A DNA stretch of 64,000 nucleotides from Halobacteriovoraceae bacterium (GCA_963719505.1 CAVRCF010000005.1:768001-832000); one strand, 5' to 3'. Shown: positions 1-9,909, numbered from the stretch's first letter. The notes: generated by a model not told the origin, from the letters alone. Translations and numbers: made by a program.

Positions 1-4
1 AAAT

Positions 5-553
5 TTACTCCTTAATAGGGATATAACAACCAAGACTGGTACGCTGAGCAATTTTAGGTGCACTTCCCCCTTCAATATCATCAAGGGCTATTTTCAGAAA
101 ATTTGTCTTTGCTACTCTTCCATTTGATGAATTAGTCACACTACCAGAATAAACGGTTTCACCTTTTGAATTAACGATAAACACATGGGGAGTTTTGACA
201 GCTCCATATTTTTTAGCAATATGTGAGTCTTGATCGTAGATGACTGGGAAGTCGAAATCCAGAGATTCAAAGTAATTTTTAGCATGTTTTAGCTTTTCAT
301 TATAGTTTGAATGAACACCGACAAATTTTATATCGCTATATTTCTTTAAGAGATTATTCACGATATCATTATGGGATTCTGAACAAGGACAGCGAGATGA
401 CATGAAAATAAAGGTTGTATAAGCATTCTGCTGCAAGTTCACAACAACTTCCTCTCCACTGTGAGTCTTCCCCTTGACCATCAAATCATTATGAGAGGGT
501 TTTGTGGCGCATCCCACAATAATAAAAAGTAGTACCAGAAATTTAAGCATCAT
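5..553 (-). CDS. Redoxin (AhpC/TSA, thioredoxin-fold) lipoprotein
   Basis: Lipobox LFIIVGC. Motifs SSRCPCS, FPVIYDQDSHIAKKYGAVKTPHVF and C-terminal GC. ATG 553/550 follows an AGGAG RBS (the ORF track extends to 604). Confidence 0.8.
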   Translation of the reverse strand: MMLKFLVLLFIIVGCATKPSHNDLMVKGKTHSGEEVVVNLQQNAYTTFIFMSSRCPCSESHNDIVNNLLKKYSDIKFVGVHSNYNEKLKHAKNYFESLDFDFPVIYDQDSHIAKKYGAVKTPHVFIVNSKGETVYSGSVTNSSNGRVAKTNFLKIALDDIEGGSAPKIAQRTSLGCYIPIKE

Positions 554-596
554 TTCTCCTTTTGAGTTTTTATAACATAAAATAATCAAAGATCGG

Positions 597-613
597 TGCA
601 ACAAATTGTTGCA
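597..613. promoter_or_regulatory. Perfect inverted repeat TGCAACAA-A-TTGTTGCA, candidate operator in the divergent promoter
   Basis: 8-bp perfect arms with a 1-nt spacer between two divergent genes. Confidence 0.5.
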
Positions 614-665
614 TTTAAAAGAGAGACATAAAGATGTATAAAGATGGAAAAACTTGGAGATAAAA

Positions 666-1082
666 ATGAAAGCTATTTTTTATGTAATATTTGGTCTTAT
701 TATTTCACAGCCTACTTTCGCTGAGCAAAAAGGAAAGTGCATAGGTCTTACCAGTGAAAAACTCTGTATAGAACTTGAGTGGATTCAAGGACCTTTTATT
801 GACGCCTATTCAAAAAATATCGTTCGTTTTAAGGATTTGAAAAAAAGTACAAGCGAGAGCCCGGTTTATGCCACTCCAAAGGGATCTCTACAATTTTACT
901 CTTGGATGATTATGCATGGCCATGAACACGGGGGACGACCTGTTGTGACTTCAAAAATGAAAGAAGGCATCTTTGAAAATTCTAAAATTTACTATATGGG
1001 TGGAATGATGGGAACATGGCAGTTTAAACTTAAAATTGACTCTACTGAGTTCCTACTACACTCACTCTCTATTGAGAACTAA
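666..1082 (+). CDS. Exported YtkA/FixH-like protein with His/Met-rich motif
   Basis: Signal peptide, WMIMHGHEHGGRP motif, C-terminal MMGTWQFKL. ATG 666 follows GGAGA. Confidence 0.5.
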   Translation: MKAIFYVIFGLIISQPTFAEQKGKCIGLTSEKLCIELEWIQGPFIDAYSKNIVRFKDLKKSTSESPVYATPKGSLQFYSWMIMHGHEHGGRPVVTSKMKEGIFENSKIYYMGGMMGTWQFKLKIDSTEFLLHSLSIEN

Positions 1083-1700
1083 TTAGTACTGCCTAAAGAC
1101 AGAAAAAAGTTCACCTACCAGATTCCAGCGTGAAGAGTCTTTAATAGTGATAGGCTTAAAATCTCGATTTGATGGAACAAGCTCAACTGAATTCTTCTTT
1201 TTGTATATTCTTTTAAGTGTGGCTTCTCCATCAACTTTAACGACGCCAATCATTCCGTCTCGAATCGTATTGGTTTGACGTAAGATGACGATATCGCCAT
1301 TCATAATATGATCATCTATCATAGAGTCACCAAAGACTCTTAGAGCAAAATAGCTCTCACCTGTCTTTAAGTTTGATTTTGGATAATCAAGATATTCAAT
1401 ATCTTCAATAGCTTCAGTTAAAAGTCCTGCTGCAACTCGCCCTTCAATCTTTAACCTTACAACATCACTACCAAGAGCTTCGGGGCGGAACTCCATATAG
1501 CCTTTCTCTTTGAGCTGTCTTACGTATTGAGCCGCAGAGTTCTTTGACTTAAAGCCAAAATGGTCGGTAATTTCCGAGTAGCTTGGAATACAATCATGTT
1601 TTTCAAAGAAAGCCGTAATATACTTAAGTACGCTACTCTCCTTGCTTGTTAAATTCGTCATTCGTGCCTTTAAGCTATTAAAATTAATCCTCTTTAGCAT
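1083..1700 (-). CDS. lexA: SOS transcriptional repressor LexA
   Basis: N-terminal winged HTH (PSYSEI..FGFKS), VAAG autocleavage site, catalytic Ser (GDSM) and Lys (TLKR). Alternative start at ATG 1661. Confidence 0.92.
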   Translation of the reverse strand: MLKRINFNSLKARMTNLTSKESSVLKYITAFFEKHDCIPSYSEITDHFGFKSKNSAAQYVRQLKEKGYMEFRPEALGSDVVRLKIEGRVAAGLLTEAIEDIEYLDYPKSNLKTGESYFALRVFGDSMIDDHIMNGDIVILRQTNTIRDGMIGVVKVDGEATLKRIYKKKNSVELVPSNRDFKPITIKDSSRWNLVGELFSVFRQY

Positions 1701-1737
1701 TTTCTACGACTCATTCCCCAAAAGGCCCTTGCGCGGG

Positions 1738-1782
1738 GTACATATTTAGTACATATTAGAGTGAGTACATATATAGTACATA
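1738..1782. promoter_or_regulatory. Two tandem GTAC-N7-GTAC boxes, candidate LexA operators
   Basis: GTACATA at 1738, 1749, 1765 and 1776. The 18-mers 1738-1755 and 1765-1782 differ at one position. Located between lexA and imuA. Confidence 0.65.
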
Positions 1783-1816
1783 GGTATTTTCCAAATGCAA
1801 CCCCTAAGGAATAAAG

Positions 1817-2470
1817 ATGAGCTTTTTTGATAGTAAAATATTAGAAAATAAGGATCTTTCTGATTTTCAGAAGCTCAAGGAGCATTTTCAAACTCCATCT
1901 AAGCTTAGATCTCATCATCAGTTTAGGACAGGAATAACAAGACTCGACTCCTTCCTCTCTCCCGTAAACTCTGAGGCTTCTCTTATCGAATGGGGCTGTC
2001 CGCATGGTAGTCTGGGGCGCTTTATCATCACTTCTATTATCGCCTCAACAGAAGGAAATTGCCTTTGGCTGTTCGATCAATCGCAACTTTGTGTTTATCC
2101 AAATTCATGGAAAGATATGGGCCTTGACCTCGACCGTATCAACTTTATCAATACAAACAAACCGTTAAAAAATTTAAAGCCTGTTTTTCTTGAAAGCACC
2201 TACAAATCTATAGTGATCGACTCATGTGAATTTTTATCCAAAGCGGATCTTCAATTTCTCTATCAAAAAAGTAAAGAGCACAAACTTAGCCTTTTTCTTA
2301 TTCGGCACTACTTTCTCAGCAATCGAAACGGTAATCCTTTTTTTAAGTACAGACTAAACGCCTCCTTCTCTCTTAAAGACGACAGTTTTAAGCTCAATTT
2401 TATTAAAGGACAAAATAGAAAAGAAAAAAGCTATTTAAGACTTAAGACTAACGAGGTTTTTAGTGGGTGA
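1817..2470 (+). CDS. imuA: ImuA-like RecA/SulA-fold accessory protein
   Basis: RecA-like start FRTGITRLDSFL...LIEWGCP with a degenerate P-loop; YP..W..MGLDLDRI motif; first gene before imuB-like and dnaE2. Confidence 0.65.
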   Translation: MSFFDSKILENKDLSDFQKLKEHFQTPSKLRSHHQFRTGITRLDSFLSPVNSEASLIEWGCPHGSLGRFIITSIIASTEGNCLWLFDQSQLCVYPNSWKDMGLDLDRINFINTNKPLKNLKPVFLESTYKSIVIDSCEFLSKADLQFLYQKSKEHKLSLFLIRHYFLSNRNGNPFFKYRLNASFSLKDDSFKLNFIKGQNRKEKSYLRLKTNEVFSG

Positions 2471-3917
2471 TTTACTTTCTTTATTTAAATTTGAACACTC
2501 TAATGAATCCCCTCGTTATCTTCTCTTTAACGGTGTTCTTAAAAAGAGCGCATTCTTCTTAAGTCCTGACGTTATGCGCTTAGATGTTAAAACTTATATT
2601 GTGGCCATCTCGTCAACAGAGAAATACTGGAGAAACTATGCTCGAAATCAAAAGTATAGTTTCTTTGATACAATCCAAGAGGAACTCAACAAAGCGCTTA
2701 TACATGGTTATAGTGCCTGCCTGTGCGACCATCCTTTTCAAGGTATCCTCTTTTTAAATTTTCTAAAATTTAGAGACCTCACAGGACTTCACAGCCTAAA
2801 CTCTTCTTTTTATAAAACAAATTACAAAAGAATGGACTGGAAAGCATGGCTTTTTTCGGCCAGACAAACTCATCACGCTTTTATCCAGCACGATGTCCTT
2901 ACAAAAGAGACGAAAAGCTTTGTTTCTTTTATGGGAAAGCTAGAGCGTTTTATAGAAAGAATTGGGCTCGATTCAACCAAATCGATGGAGATGATTAGTC
3001 ATGATGAACTCTCCAGACGATATGGAATGCTTATTAGCCTTTTTTGGAAGTGGACTAATCTTGACTTAGAAGAGGGAAAGATTAAAGAAAGTATGGTCAC
3101 AGAGAACCTTTGTGGCTTTCCTTGGGTACAGCTTAAGGAGGCTGAAACTCCTACACTTATCAATCGACTCGATCATCCGTTGAGCCTTTGGGATCATATT
3201 GAAAATGAACTAAGAAATGATCTTTTTAAAATACATAAAGAAAAAGAGCTTAAGGATCCTAACAGAGTGATGCAAATTAAGTGGACTCTTTTTAATTTTG
3301 ATGGTGAATCGATTGAAAGTTTAATTGACCTGCGCTTTCCTCTTGCTCTTACAGAAGAGAGAGATAAGGATTTTAAAACGCTTCTTACTCAATTTGGTTA
3401 CGCTTTTGATGATATAAAGACGAAGATAAAAGAAGCCAACCCTGATTTTCCGGCCAATCAAGTTACTTTAGGATGGAAAATAGAAGTTGTAAAAACGATC
3501 CAACTCTCAATAGCGAATTTTGATCTTTTTATGAATGAGATTGAAATTCAAAAATCTAATATTTTAGGGCTACAATCGAAGATAAAAGCTAAAATTGAAT
3601 CCTTTATTACAAAGAATCATAATGTCCCCTCTCTGGATTATAGTGACTTTGCAATCGACAAGAAAAGAGTCGAGTCATCAACTTCGATGAATAGACTTCT
3701 TCTCAAACCTCTTTTTATTTATCCTGAGCCAATCTGGCTTGATGAAAGTGAGATCGGCTTTAAGAGGTTTTTAGAAAGAACCTCAAGTGACTGGTGGAAA
3801 TCAAAGGATCCCTTTGATTACTATCGGGATTATTTTATTTGTGAAGTCGATAAAGTTTATGTTTGGGCTTTTAAAAATGCAAAAGGACAGTGGTATAAAC
3901 ATGGTCTCTACTCTTAA
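2463..3917 (+). CDS. imuB: Highly diverged ImuB-like (inactive Y-family polymerase) protein
   Basis: C-terminal ERTSSDWW...RDYF...WAFK...WYKHGLYS resembles the ImuB C-terminus; internal ELSRRYG motif; overlaps imuA and dnaE2. Confidence 0.6.
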   Translation: MGDLLSLFKFEHSNESPRYLLFNGVLKKSAFFLSPDVMRLDVKTYIVAISSTEKYWRNYARNQKYSFFDTIQEELNKALIHGYSACLCDHPFQGILFLNFLKFRDLTGLHSLNSSFYKTNYKRMDWKAWLFSARQTHHAFIQHDVLTKETKSFVSFMGKLERFIERIGLDSTKSMEMISHDELSRRYGMLISLFWKWTNLDLEEGKIKESMVTENLCGFPWVQLKEAETPTLINRLDHPLSLWDHIENELRNDLFKIHKEKELKDPNRVMQIKWTLFNFDGESIESLIDLRFPLALTEERDKDFKTLLTQFGYAFDDIKTKIKEANPDFPANQVTLGWKIEVVKTIQLSIANFDLFMNEIEIQKSNILGLQSKIKAKIESFITKNHNVPSLDYSDFAIDKKRVESSTSMNRLLLKPLFIYPEPIWLDESEIGFKRFLERTSSDWWKSKDPFDYYRDYFICEVDKVYVWAFKNAKGQWYKHGLYS

Positions 3918-6900
3918 AGATCATTTCAAATTTCACGAGTGGCTGTGTAAAACTCATTTTAGTTTTCAAAGCTCCACCTCATCTGCTTCAGACCTTATCA
4001 AGACCATGATAAGTCTCGATTACGACTCTTTTTGCGTCAGTGACTTCGATGGAGTCTACGGTATCGCCAGAAGTTTTATAGAGCTTAAGCATATTGAAGA
4101 TAAGAAACTCAAACTCAACTACGCCGCTGAAATTCATCTTTATCAAGACCATGACCTTCCCCTACTGGATCAAGTCACTATTTCAATAGGTGTGAAAAGC
4201 TTCAAAGGCTATAGGAATCTTAATAAAATCCTAACACGCTCTCACAAAGACTCAAAAGATGAAGCTTTTATCTCTTTAATTGAACTTGCAAAAATGGATC
4301 TTGAAGATCTTTTTGTCATCATTCCAATGCGTGGAGGATTAAAACATTTTTTAGAAAACCCCAGAGACTTGGATATCTTACAGGCCCTTTTTAAAGATGA
4401 TCTCTACCTTGCTGTGACAAAAATTCATCATCGCTTTTTTGATTCCCTTATTCCAAAGGTTTTCGCGTTATCAAAAGAGAAGAAAATAAAGACGCTTATC
4501 TCTCAAGACGTTTTTATGACTCATCGATCAGAGAAGTGTTTCCATGATGTTCTGGTGGCCATGAAAAATAATCGAACCCTCTCTGACTGTGGTGAATATA
4601 TTTTTCCAAATTCGGAGAGAAGTCTTCACTCTAAAAAATCTATCCTTGAGACCTATGGGAGTTTTCCTGAATTTACTCAAATGCTAGAAAACTCTGAAGC
4701 TCTCGCTAACAGTTGTCATTTTTCTTTGAGTGAAATTAGTTACAAATATCCAAGCGAGATGATCCCAGATGGACTTACGGCCCAGCAGTACCTTGAGAAG
4801 CTCTCTTGGGAAGGGGCCAAAGAGCGCTTTGGAGCGCCTTTGAGTGCCAAAGTTGTAGATCTTATATCAAAAGAGCTAGACCTCATAGAGGATCTCGGAT
4901 TCGCCGATTACTTCATCACTGTTTGGGATATTGTTGCCTGGGCAAGGTCTCAAAATATCTTATGCCAAGGAAGAGGTTCTGCAGCGAATTCATCTGTCTG
5001 TTTCAGTCTTGGCATTACTTCTTGTGATCCCTCTTTATTTGATCTTCTTTTTGAGAGATTTATGAGTAAAGAGCGAGGAGATCCTCCCGATATTGATGTG
5101 GATTTTGAACACGAAAGACGTGAAGAAGTTTTGCAATATATCTACAGACGCTATGGCAGAAAAAGAGCTTCTATGGTGGCGAATATTATTACTTTTAGAA
5201 CAAAGAGCTCTCTTAGGGAAGTTGGAAAAGTTCTAGGGGTTCCTGAAAAGATTTTAAAAACAGCTTCTAATACTGTTAGCACCGTTAAATTTCGAGGCGA
5301 AGAATTGAGTTCAATTATAGATTATATAAAAGCGAATACTCATGAAGATGTCGACTTCTCTTGGGATCTTTGGAGTCATTTCTCTCAAAAAATTATTGGT
5401 TTCCCAAAGCATATGGGTCTTCACTCAGGAGGGTTTGTTATCTCCAATGACCCCATCACTGAGCTTGTCGCCCAAGAGCCTGCAACAATGGAGGGCAGAA
5501 CAATTATTCAGTGGGCAAAAGATGATATTGAGGAACTTGGATTTTTCAAAATTGATTGTCTCTCACTAGGGATGCTTACTGCCGTTAGAAAGTCTTTTGA
5601 AATGATTAAAGAATGCTATGGTGTGGAGTTTGATCTTCATAATATCCCCATGGATGACGCTCCAACATATAAGATGATCCAAAAGGCTGATACCATTGGT
5701 GTTTTTCAAATTGAATCTCGAGCTCAAATGTCGATGCTTCCAAGGCTAAAGCCTCGCTCTTTTTATGATCTCGTTATCGAAATTGCTATTATTAGGCCAG
5801 GTCCTATTCAAGGAAATGTTATTCATCCTTTCTTAAGACGTCGCGATGGACTAGAACCTATTACCTTTCCTCATGAAAGTGCAAAAAAGATTTTATCTAA
5901 AACACTAGGGGTTATTATTTTTCAAGAACAGATGATGAGGCTGGCCATTGAACTTGGAGATTTTACAGGAGGTGAAGCCAATGAACTTAGAAAGCATATT
6001 GGTTCTTGGAATTCAAAAAATTTTAATCGAAACCTTCAGCCCTATTTGAAAAAATTAGTCTCTGGTCTCAAAAAAAGAGGGATTAGTCGACAATATATTG
6101 TCTCGATGATCAATCAAATGAAGGGCTTTGCTCATTATGGTTTTCCAGAGTCTCACGCCATCTCCTTTGCCTTTATCGCTTACGCATCCTCTTACCTAAA
6201 GTGTCACTACCCTGCAGCTTTTTATACTTCTGTTATGAATTCACAGCCAATGGGCTTTTATACCCCTCACGCTCTTATTCAGGCCGCAAAACAAGAAGGA
6301 ATACCTATTTTTCCTATAACGATTAATGACTCGAACTGGGATCATAAACTTGAAGCTCTGCCTGAGGTCTCTGGAAGGCCTCCTCGCTTTGGAATAAGAC
6401 TTGGCTTTAGAATTATAAAGTCTCTTGGCGAAGCCACAGTAAGTAAAATTATAAAATCAAGAAATAAGCATGGTAAATGGAAGTCCTTCGATCACTTCAC
6501 TCACCTCAACTCTCTAAAAAGAGATGAATACAGCGCCTTAGCTGCAGCGAATGTTTTTGAATGCCTAGGCCTTGATCGCTCAAATGCCCTATGGAAAAGT
6601 GAGGCAATTCCCTTTAAGCCCATGATCGATATTGAAGAAAAAAAGATTTCCTGGGATAAAAACTCAAAGCTTTTTGAAAGTCAGCTGGATTTTAATTCTA
6701 CTGGTACGAGCCTCAAAACTCACCCCGTTCAAATTATTAAAGAGAATGATTGGAGCTTTGATGTAGAGATTGAAAAAATAACGCTGGCTTCAAAGCTTGC
6801 TTCTATGGAAGAGAGATATGGTGTCTATGTCTTTGGCATGCTCATGATTAAGCAAGCTCCTCCATCAGCAAAAGGCATGGTCTTTTACACACTTCAAGAT

Positions 6901-7137
6901 GAAACGGGAATGATTAACCTCGCTTTCACACCACAAAAATATTCTCAATATTTTTCTCTTTTAGAAAATACAAACTTCTTGTGCATACGAGGGAAATTAC
7001 AAAAAGCTGGCGAGTATCACTCAATACTCGTTGATGAAGTTGTCCAAAAAAATAATACAACAACTTTTAAAGCGGCGAAAAAAGATCAGCCACAACAGAC
7101 GGAGCTCTTTTTACATATTCCTCGTGGATATCATTGA
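3901..7137 (+). CDS. dnaE2: Error-prone DNA polymerase III alpha subunit DnaE2
   Basis: GRGSAANS, PPDIDVDFEH, VFQIESRAQM, YGFPESHA motifs, OB domain, and C-terminal PRGYH (SRDFH-like). Start taken at ATG 3901, overlapping the imuB end. Confidence 0.92.
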   Translation: MVSTLKDHFKFHEWLCKTHFSFQSSTSSASDLIKTMISLDYDSFCVSDFDGVYGIARSFIELKHIEDKKLKLNYAAEIHLYQDHDLPLLDQVTISIGVKSFKGYRNLNKILTRSHKDSKDEAFISLIELAKMDLEDLFVIIPMRGGLKHFLENPRDLDILQALFKDDLYLAVTKIHHRFFDSLIPKVFALSKEKKIKTLISQDVFMTHRSEKCFHDVLVAMKNNRTLSDCGEYIFPNSERSLHSKKSILETYGSFPEFTQMLENSEALANSCHFSLSEISYKYPSEMIPDGLTAQQYLEKLSWEGAKERFGAPLSAKVVDLISKELDLIEDLGFADYFITVWDIVAWARSQNILCQGRGSAANSSVCFSLGITSCDPSLFDLLFERFMSKERGDPPDIDVDFEHERREEVLQYIYRRYGRKRASMVANIITFRTKSSLREVGKVLGVPEKILKTASNTVSTVKFRGEELSSIIDYIKANTHEDVDFSWDLWSHFSQKIIGFPKHMGLHSGGFVISNDPITELVAQEPATMEGRTIIQWAKDDIEELGFFKIDCLSLGMLTAVRKSFEMIKECYGVEFDLHNIPMDDAPTYKMIQKADTIGVFQIESRAQMSMLPRLKPRSFYDLVIEIAIIRPGPIQGNVIHPFLRRRDGLEPITFPHESAKKILSKTLGVIIFQEQMMRLAIELGDFTGGEANELRKHIGSWNSKNFNRNLQPYLKKLVSGLKKRGISRQYIVSMINQMKGFAHYGFPESHAISFAFIAYASSYLKCHYPAAFYTSVMNSQPMGFYTPHALIQAAKQEGIPIFPITINDSNWDHKLEALPEVSGRPPRFGIRLGFRIIKSLGEATVSKIIKSRNKHGKWKSFDHFTHLNSLKRDEYSALAAANVFECLGLDRSNALWKSEAIPFKPMIDIEEKKISWDKNSKLFESQLDFNSTGTSLKTHPVQIIKENDWSFDVEIEKITLASKLASMEERYGVYVFGMLMIKQAPPSAKGMVFYTLQDETGMINLAFTPQKYSQYFSLLENTNFLCIRGKLQKAGEYHSILVDEVVQKNNTTTFKAAKKDQPQQTELFLHIPRGYH

Positions 7138-7263
7138 TCAAAAACAAGGAGCAAAACGAAGAGTCGACACAACGCAAAAGGGCTCGCTAATTTAATGATA
7201 ACTATTTCTTATCAAATTTAGTAAGAATAAGTCTTGGAAACTCACTTACAAAAAAAGGATAAA

Positions 7264-8007
7264 ATGAAAAGACTACTCCTCATTTTGATGATCTTCTCAC
7301 AACAAGGAGAAGCAACTTCTTTTGCAAAAAAGGACTTGGCAGTCGCCATCGGTGCCAAAGCCAGCTCCCTTATCTATAAAAGAGGAATCATCATCTATGA
7401 AGGTGTTCAGCTTAGTCCCATATATTCTATTAACCTCTTTCGTAAAGATCTCTTTATCGCCGGATCCGCGCTCTATCATAATTTAATATTCTCCAAAAAT
7501 ATAAGACTTCTTACAAGAATTAACCTCGATGCAACAAAGGATAGACCACTGTACTACTCCAGTGAAAAAGAGGATGATCGGATAAGGAGGGAGAAAACGA
7601 ATGAGCTGGATTTCTTCTTTCAATACGATTTTACCCATAGCTCCTATATTCGAATAGAATATTCAAAAGACTTAGTGGCCCACTACGGACAGTATTCAGC
7701 CGTTCATCTTCGTTATGACTTAAGAACCAATAAAAGCCCAACTTTAATTCAACCAGGTTTATTTCTTAGCCTAGGGCAAGGTGATAAAAATCATAATGAG
7801 TACCTTTACGGCGAAGGAGCGAAGTCTGGTGTTAATAATATCGAATACGGCTTCTCAATTGTGAGTCCAAAAGCAATTGACAATTTTTGGCCAACACTTA
7901 AGATTACTCAATTTGAAATACTTGGAAAGGATAATAAAGAGGCTTCATTTGTAGAAGAGAAAACCGGGATAAGTGTTGAATTCCTTTTCGCTAAAAGAGT
8001 TTTTTAG
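7264..8007 (+). CDS. MipA/OmpV-family outer membrane protein
   Basis: Signal peptide, amphipathic strands, HNEYLYG motif, C-terminal Phe. Confidence 0.6.
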   Translation: MKRLLLILMIFSQQGEATSFAKKDLAVAIGAKASSLIYKRGIIIYEGVQLSPIYSINLFRKDLFIAGSALYHNLIFSKNIRLLTRINLDATKDRPLYYSSEKEDDRIRREKTNELDFFFQYDFTHSSYIRIEYSKDLVAHYGQYSAVHLRYDLRTNKSPTLIQPGLFLSLGQGDKNHNEYLYGEGAKSGVNNIEYGFSIVSPKAIDNFWPTLKITQFEILGKDNKEASFVEEKTGISVEFLFAKRVF

Positions 8008-8049
8008 TAAATTAATTTCTTTTATTCAAAGTTTTGATACACTTTATTA

Positions 8050-8484
8050 ATGAAAATACTCATAGCGACACTAATATGCTCCCATCTCACCTTCGCAAAA
8101 TGTATGATCCCTGATGATCAACAAAAAGTTAAAGATTCAAAGATTATTATTGTCGCAAAGATAAGAAGAGCAAATGTTTCAGGCGAATCTCAAAAGGTCC
8201 AATCCTACTGCGAAAACTTTGGGGCCAACAAAGTTCCCTTGCGCTATCTTATTGAGCCTGTAGAGATCTTAAAAGGTGACATTGATAAACAGATATATGA
8301 GCTGACTTATACCTTCTCCTGCAACCGCTATCCTCGAATGATGGGGTTCAAAGAGGGTTCAAGCTACGTTCTGTCCATTAAAATGCTAAAGAACAGAAAG
8401 ATTTTTCTCAGTGGTAATTCTTGTGGCTCCTGGGGATGGGATATAAAAAACCTTAAAAAAATAAAGAAGCTCATTGCAAACTAG
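8050..8484 (+). CDS. Exported Cys-containing hypothetical protein (possible NTR/TIMP-like fold)
   Basis: Signal peptide followed by Cys; EILKG, SC..F.EG.SYVL and SCG pattern. Confidence 0.35.
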   Translation: MKILIATLICSHLTFAKCMIPDDQQKVKDSKIIIVAKIRRANVSGESQKVQSYCENFGANKVPLRYLIEPVEILKGDIDKQIYELTYTFSCNRYPRMMGFKEGSSYVLSIKMLKNRKIFLSGNSCGSWGWDIKNLKKIKKLIAN

Positions 8485-8863
8485 CGTTTATCTCTCCCAA
8501 TAAAATACCTTGTTTAATTTCATAAGCGGCAAGAAGTAAAACCAAAATGATTTCAATCAAAAAGTAGCCATACCCCAAATCAGTTAAGCTTCCTAAAAAC
8601 TGTGCGAGAGTAAAAACACTGACGATGCAATACAAAAGGTTTAAAGCTCCAATGATATAAAGGTGATAACTTTTCAAGGCTTTGACTTTTGAAAAGCAGC
8701 CAAATGAGTAAAAGCAATAAAGGACAGGAAAGAGACTAAGAAAATATAACGACTGCTTTGGCACACCTATGTGCTGATGAAAAAGAGGAAGAATTATTCC
8801 TAGGGAAAGAGCGCTTATTACGGCACCGATGCCATCAATCAAGAAAAGAGTTTTGATATTCAT
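8471..8863 (-). CDS. Hypothetical 4-TM membrane protein
   Basis: Four hydrophobic segments; start overlaps the desaturase stop. Confidence 0.6.
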   Translation of the reverse strand: MNIKTLFLIDGIGAVISALSLGIILPLFHQHIGVPKQSLYFLSLFPVLYCFYSFGCFSKVKALKSYHLYIIGALNLLYCIVSVFTLAQFLGSLTDLGYGYFLIEIILVLLLAAYEIKQGILLGEINASLQ

Positions 8864-9753
8864 AAACCCATCTTCAGTCTTTTATAAGCCTTTGTAAATG
8901 GTCCAAGGTACTGAACGAAGAGACTTTCATGATCCTTTAAGTAAGCCGTCCCAACTTCTAAATCGTCCATATCACCCAAAGTTTTAGAATGAATAAAAGT
9001 GCCAAAGACCCTATCCCAAATAACAGTAAAACTTCCAAAATTTGAATTTCCCTGTTTCATATCAATACTATGATGGATTTTATGATTTCTTGGTGTCATC
9101 AGAATATTCTCAAACCATCCACATCTAATATCCATATTGGCGTGGGTAAAGAGTCCAAGAACCGAATTCATCATAAGAAAATAGAAGAGAGCGTTTTCAT
9201 TAACACCAATTAAAAGAAGTGGCAGGTACATGCAAATTTGTTGAAAAAATCTCTCCACGATATGAGAGCGAGAGGCTTTAAAAACATTGAGCTTCCTATC
9301 ACTGTGATGGAGCTCGTGAAAAAGCCACATTATTTTGGATTGGTGGTGAAGTCTGTGTTGCCAATACCTTCCAAAGTCAGCGATCAAAATCAGCAAGCCT
9401 ACCTGAAAAATAATATTGAGATTATTGGGCCAAATATTGAAAGCCTCAAAAGAAGCAGCATACTTTAAAATGATCGCGGCTATAGCTGAATTGACGAAGC
9501 TTCCAAGGACTGTCCCTAAATTAGTTCCTAAAAGACTATGGACAACATCTTTTAATTCTTCTCTTCCTAAGCCTTTCCATTTCTTTTTAAATGGAAAAAG
9601 TTGTTCTGATAAAAGAACGATAAAGAAAAGAGAAGTTACATAAGTAAAAAGACTAAGAGCTTTACTCTGGCCGGAGCTTATAACCCAGATAGAGAAGATA
9701 ATCGTAATGACCATCACAACTGGAAAATAGGAATACTTAATAAAAGACCTCAT
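8860..9753 (-). CDS. Sterol desaturase / fatty acid hydroxylase family protein
   Basis: His boxes YWQHRLHH, HELHHS, HAN, HKIHHS; SNFG..TVIWDRVFGT. Confidence 0.88.
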   Translation of the reverse strand: MRSFIKYSYFPVVMVITIIFSIWVISSGQSKALSLFTYVTSLFFIVLLSEQLFPFKKKWKGLGREELKDVVHSLLGTNLGTVLGSFVNSAIAAIILKYAASFEAFNIWPNNLNIIFQVGLLILIADFGRYWQHRLHHQSKIMWLFHELHHSDRKLNVFKASRSHIVERFFQQICMYLPLLLIGVNENALFYFLMMNSVLGLFTHANMDIRCGWFENILMTPRNHKIHHSIDMKQGNSNFGSFTVIWDRVFGTFIHSKTLGDMDDLEVGTAYLKDHESLFVQYLGPFTKAYKRLKMGL

Positions 9754-9893
9754 AGCCAGACTTTAACATGAATTTATTCGCCAATAGACGCAGTGTGTAA
9801 TAGTTTTATTCAAAAAGTGTCAATTTGAACAATACTTCTTCATCGGAAGTTGACATAAGTAGTTGAAAAGACAACATTTCTTAAGAGAAACTT

Positions 9894-9909
9894 TGGTATA
9901 ATAGTTGCA
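9894..9909 (+). promoter_or_regulatory. Putative sigma54 (-24/-12) promoter
   Basis: TGGTATAATAGTTGCA has canonical GG-N10-GC spacing; an IHF-like site (TAAGTAGTTGAAA) lies about 30 bp upstream. Confidence 0.5.

Noticed and set aside
3787-3900. 38-aa N-terminal extension of DnaE2 in the ORF track
   Set aside because: It overlaps the conserved ImuB C-terminal coding region in another frame; the PHP-like start follows ATG 3901
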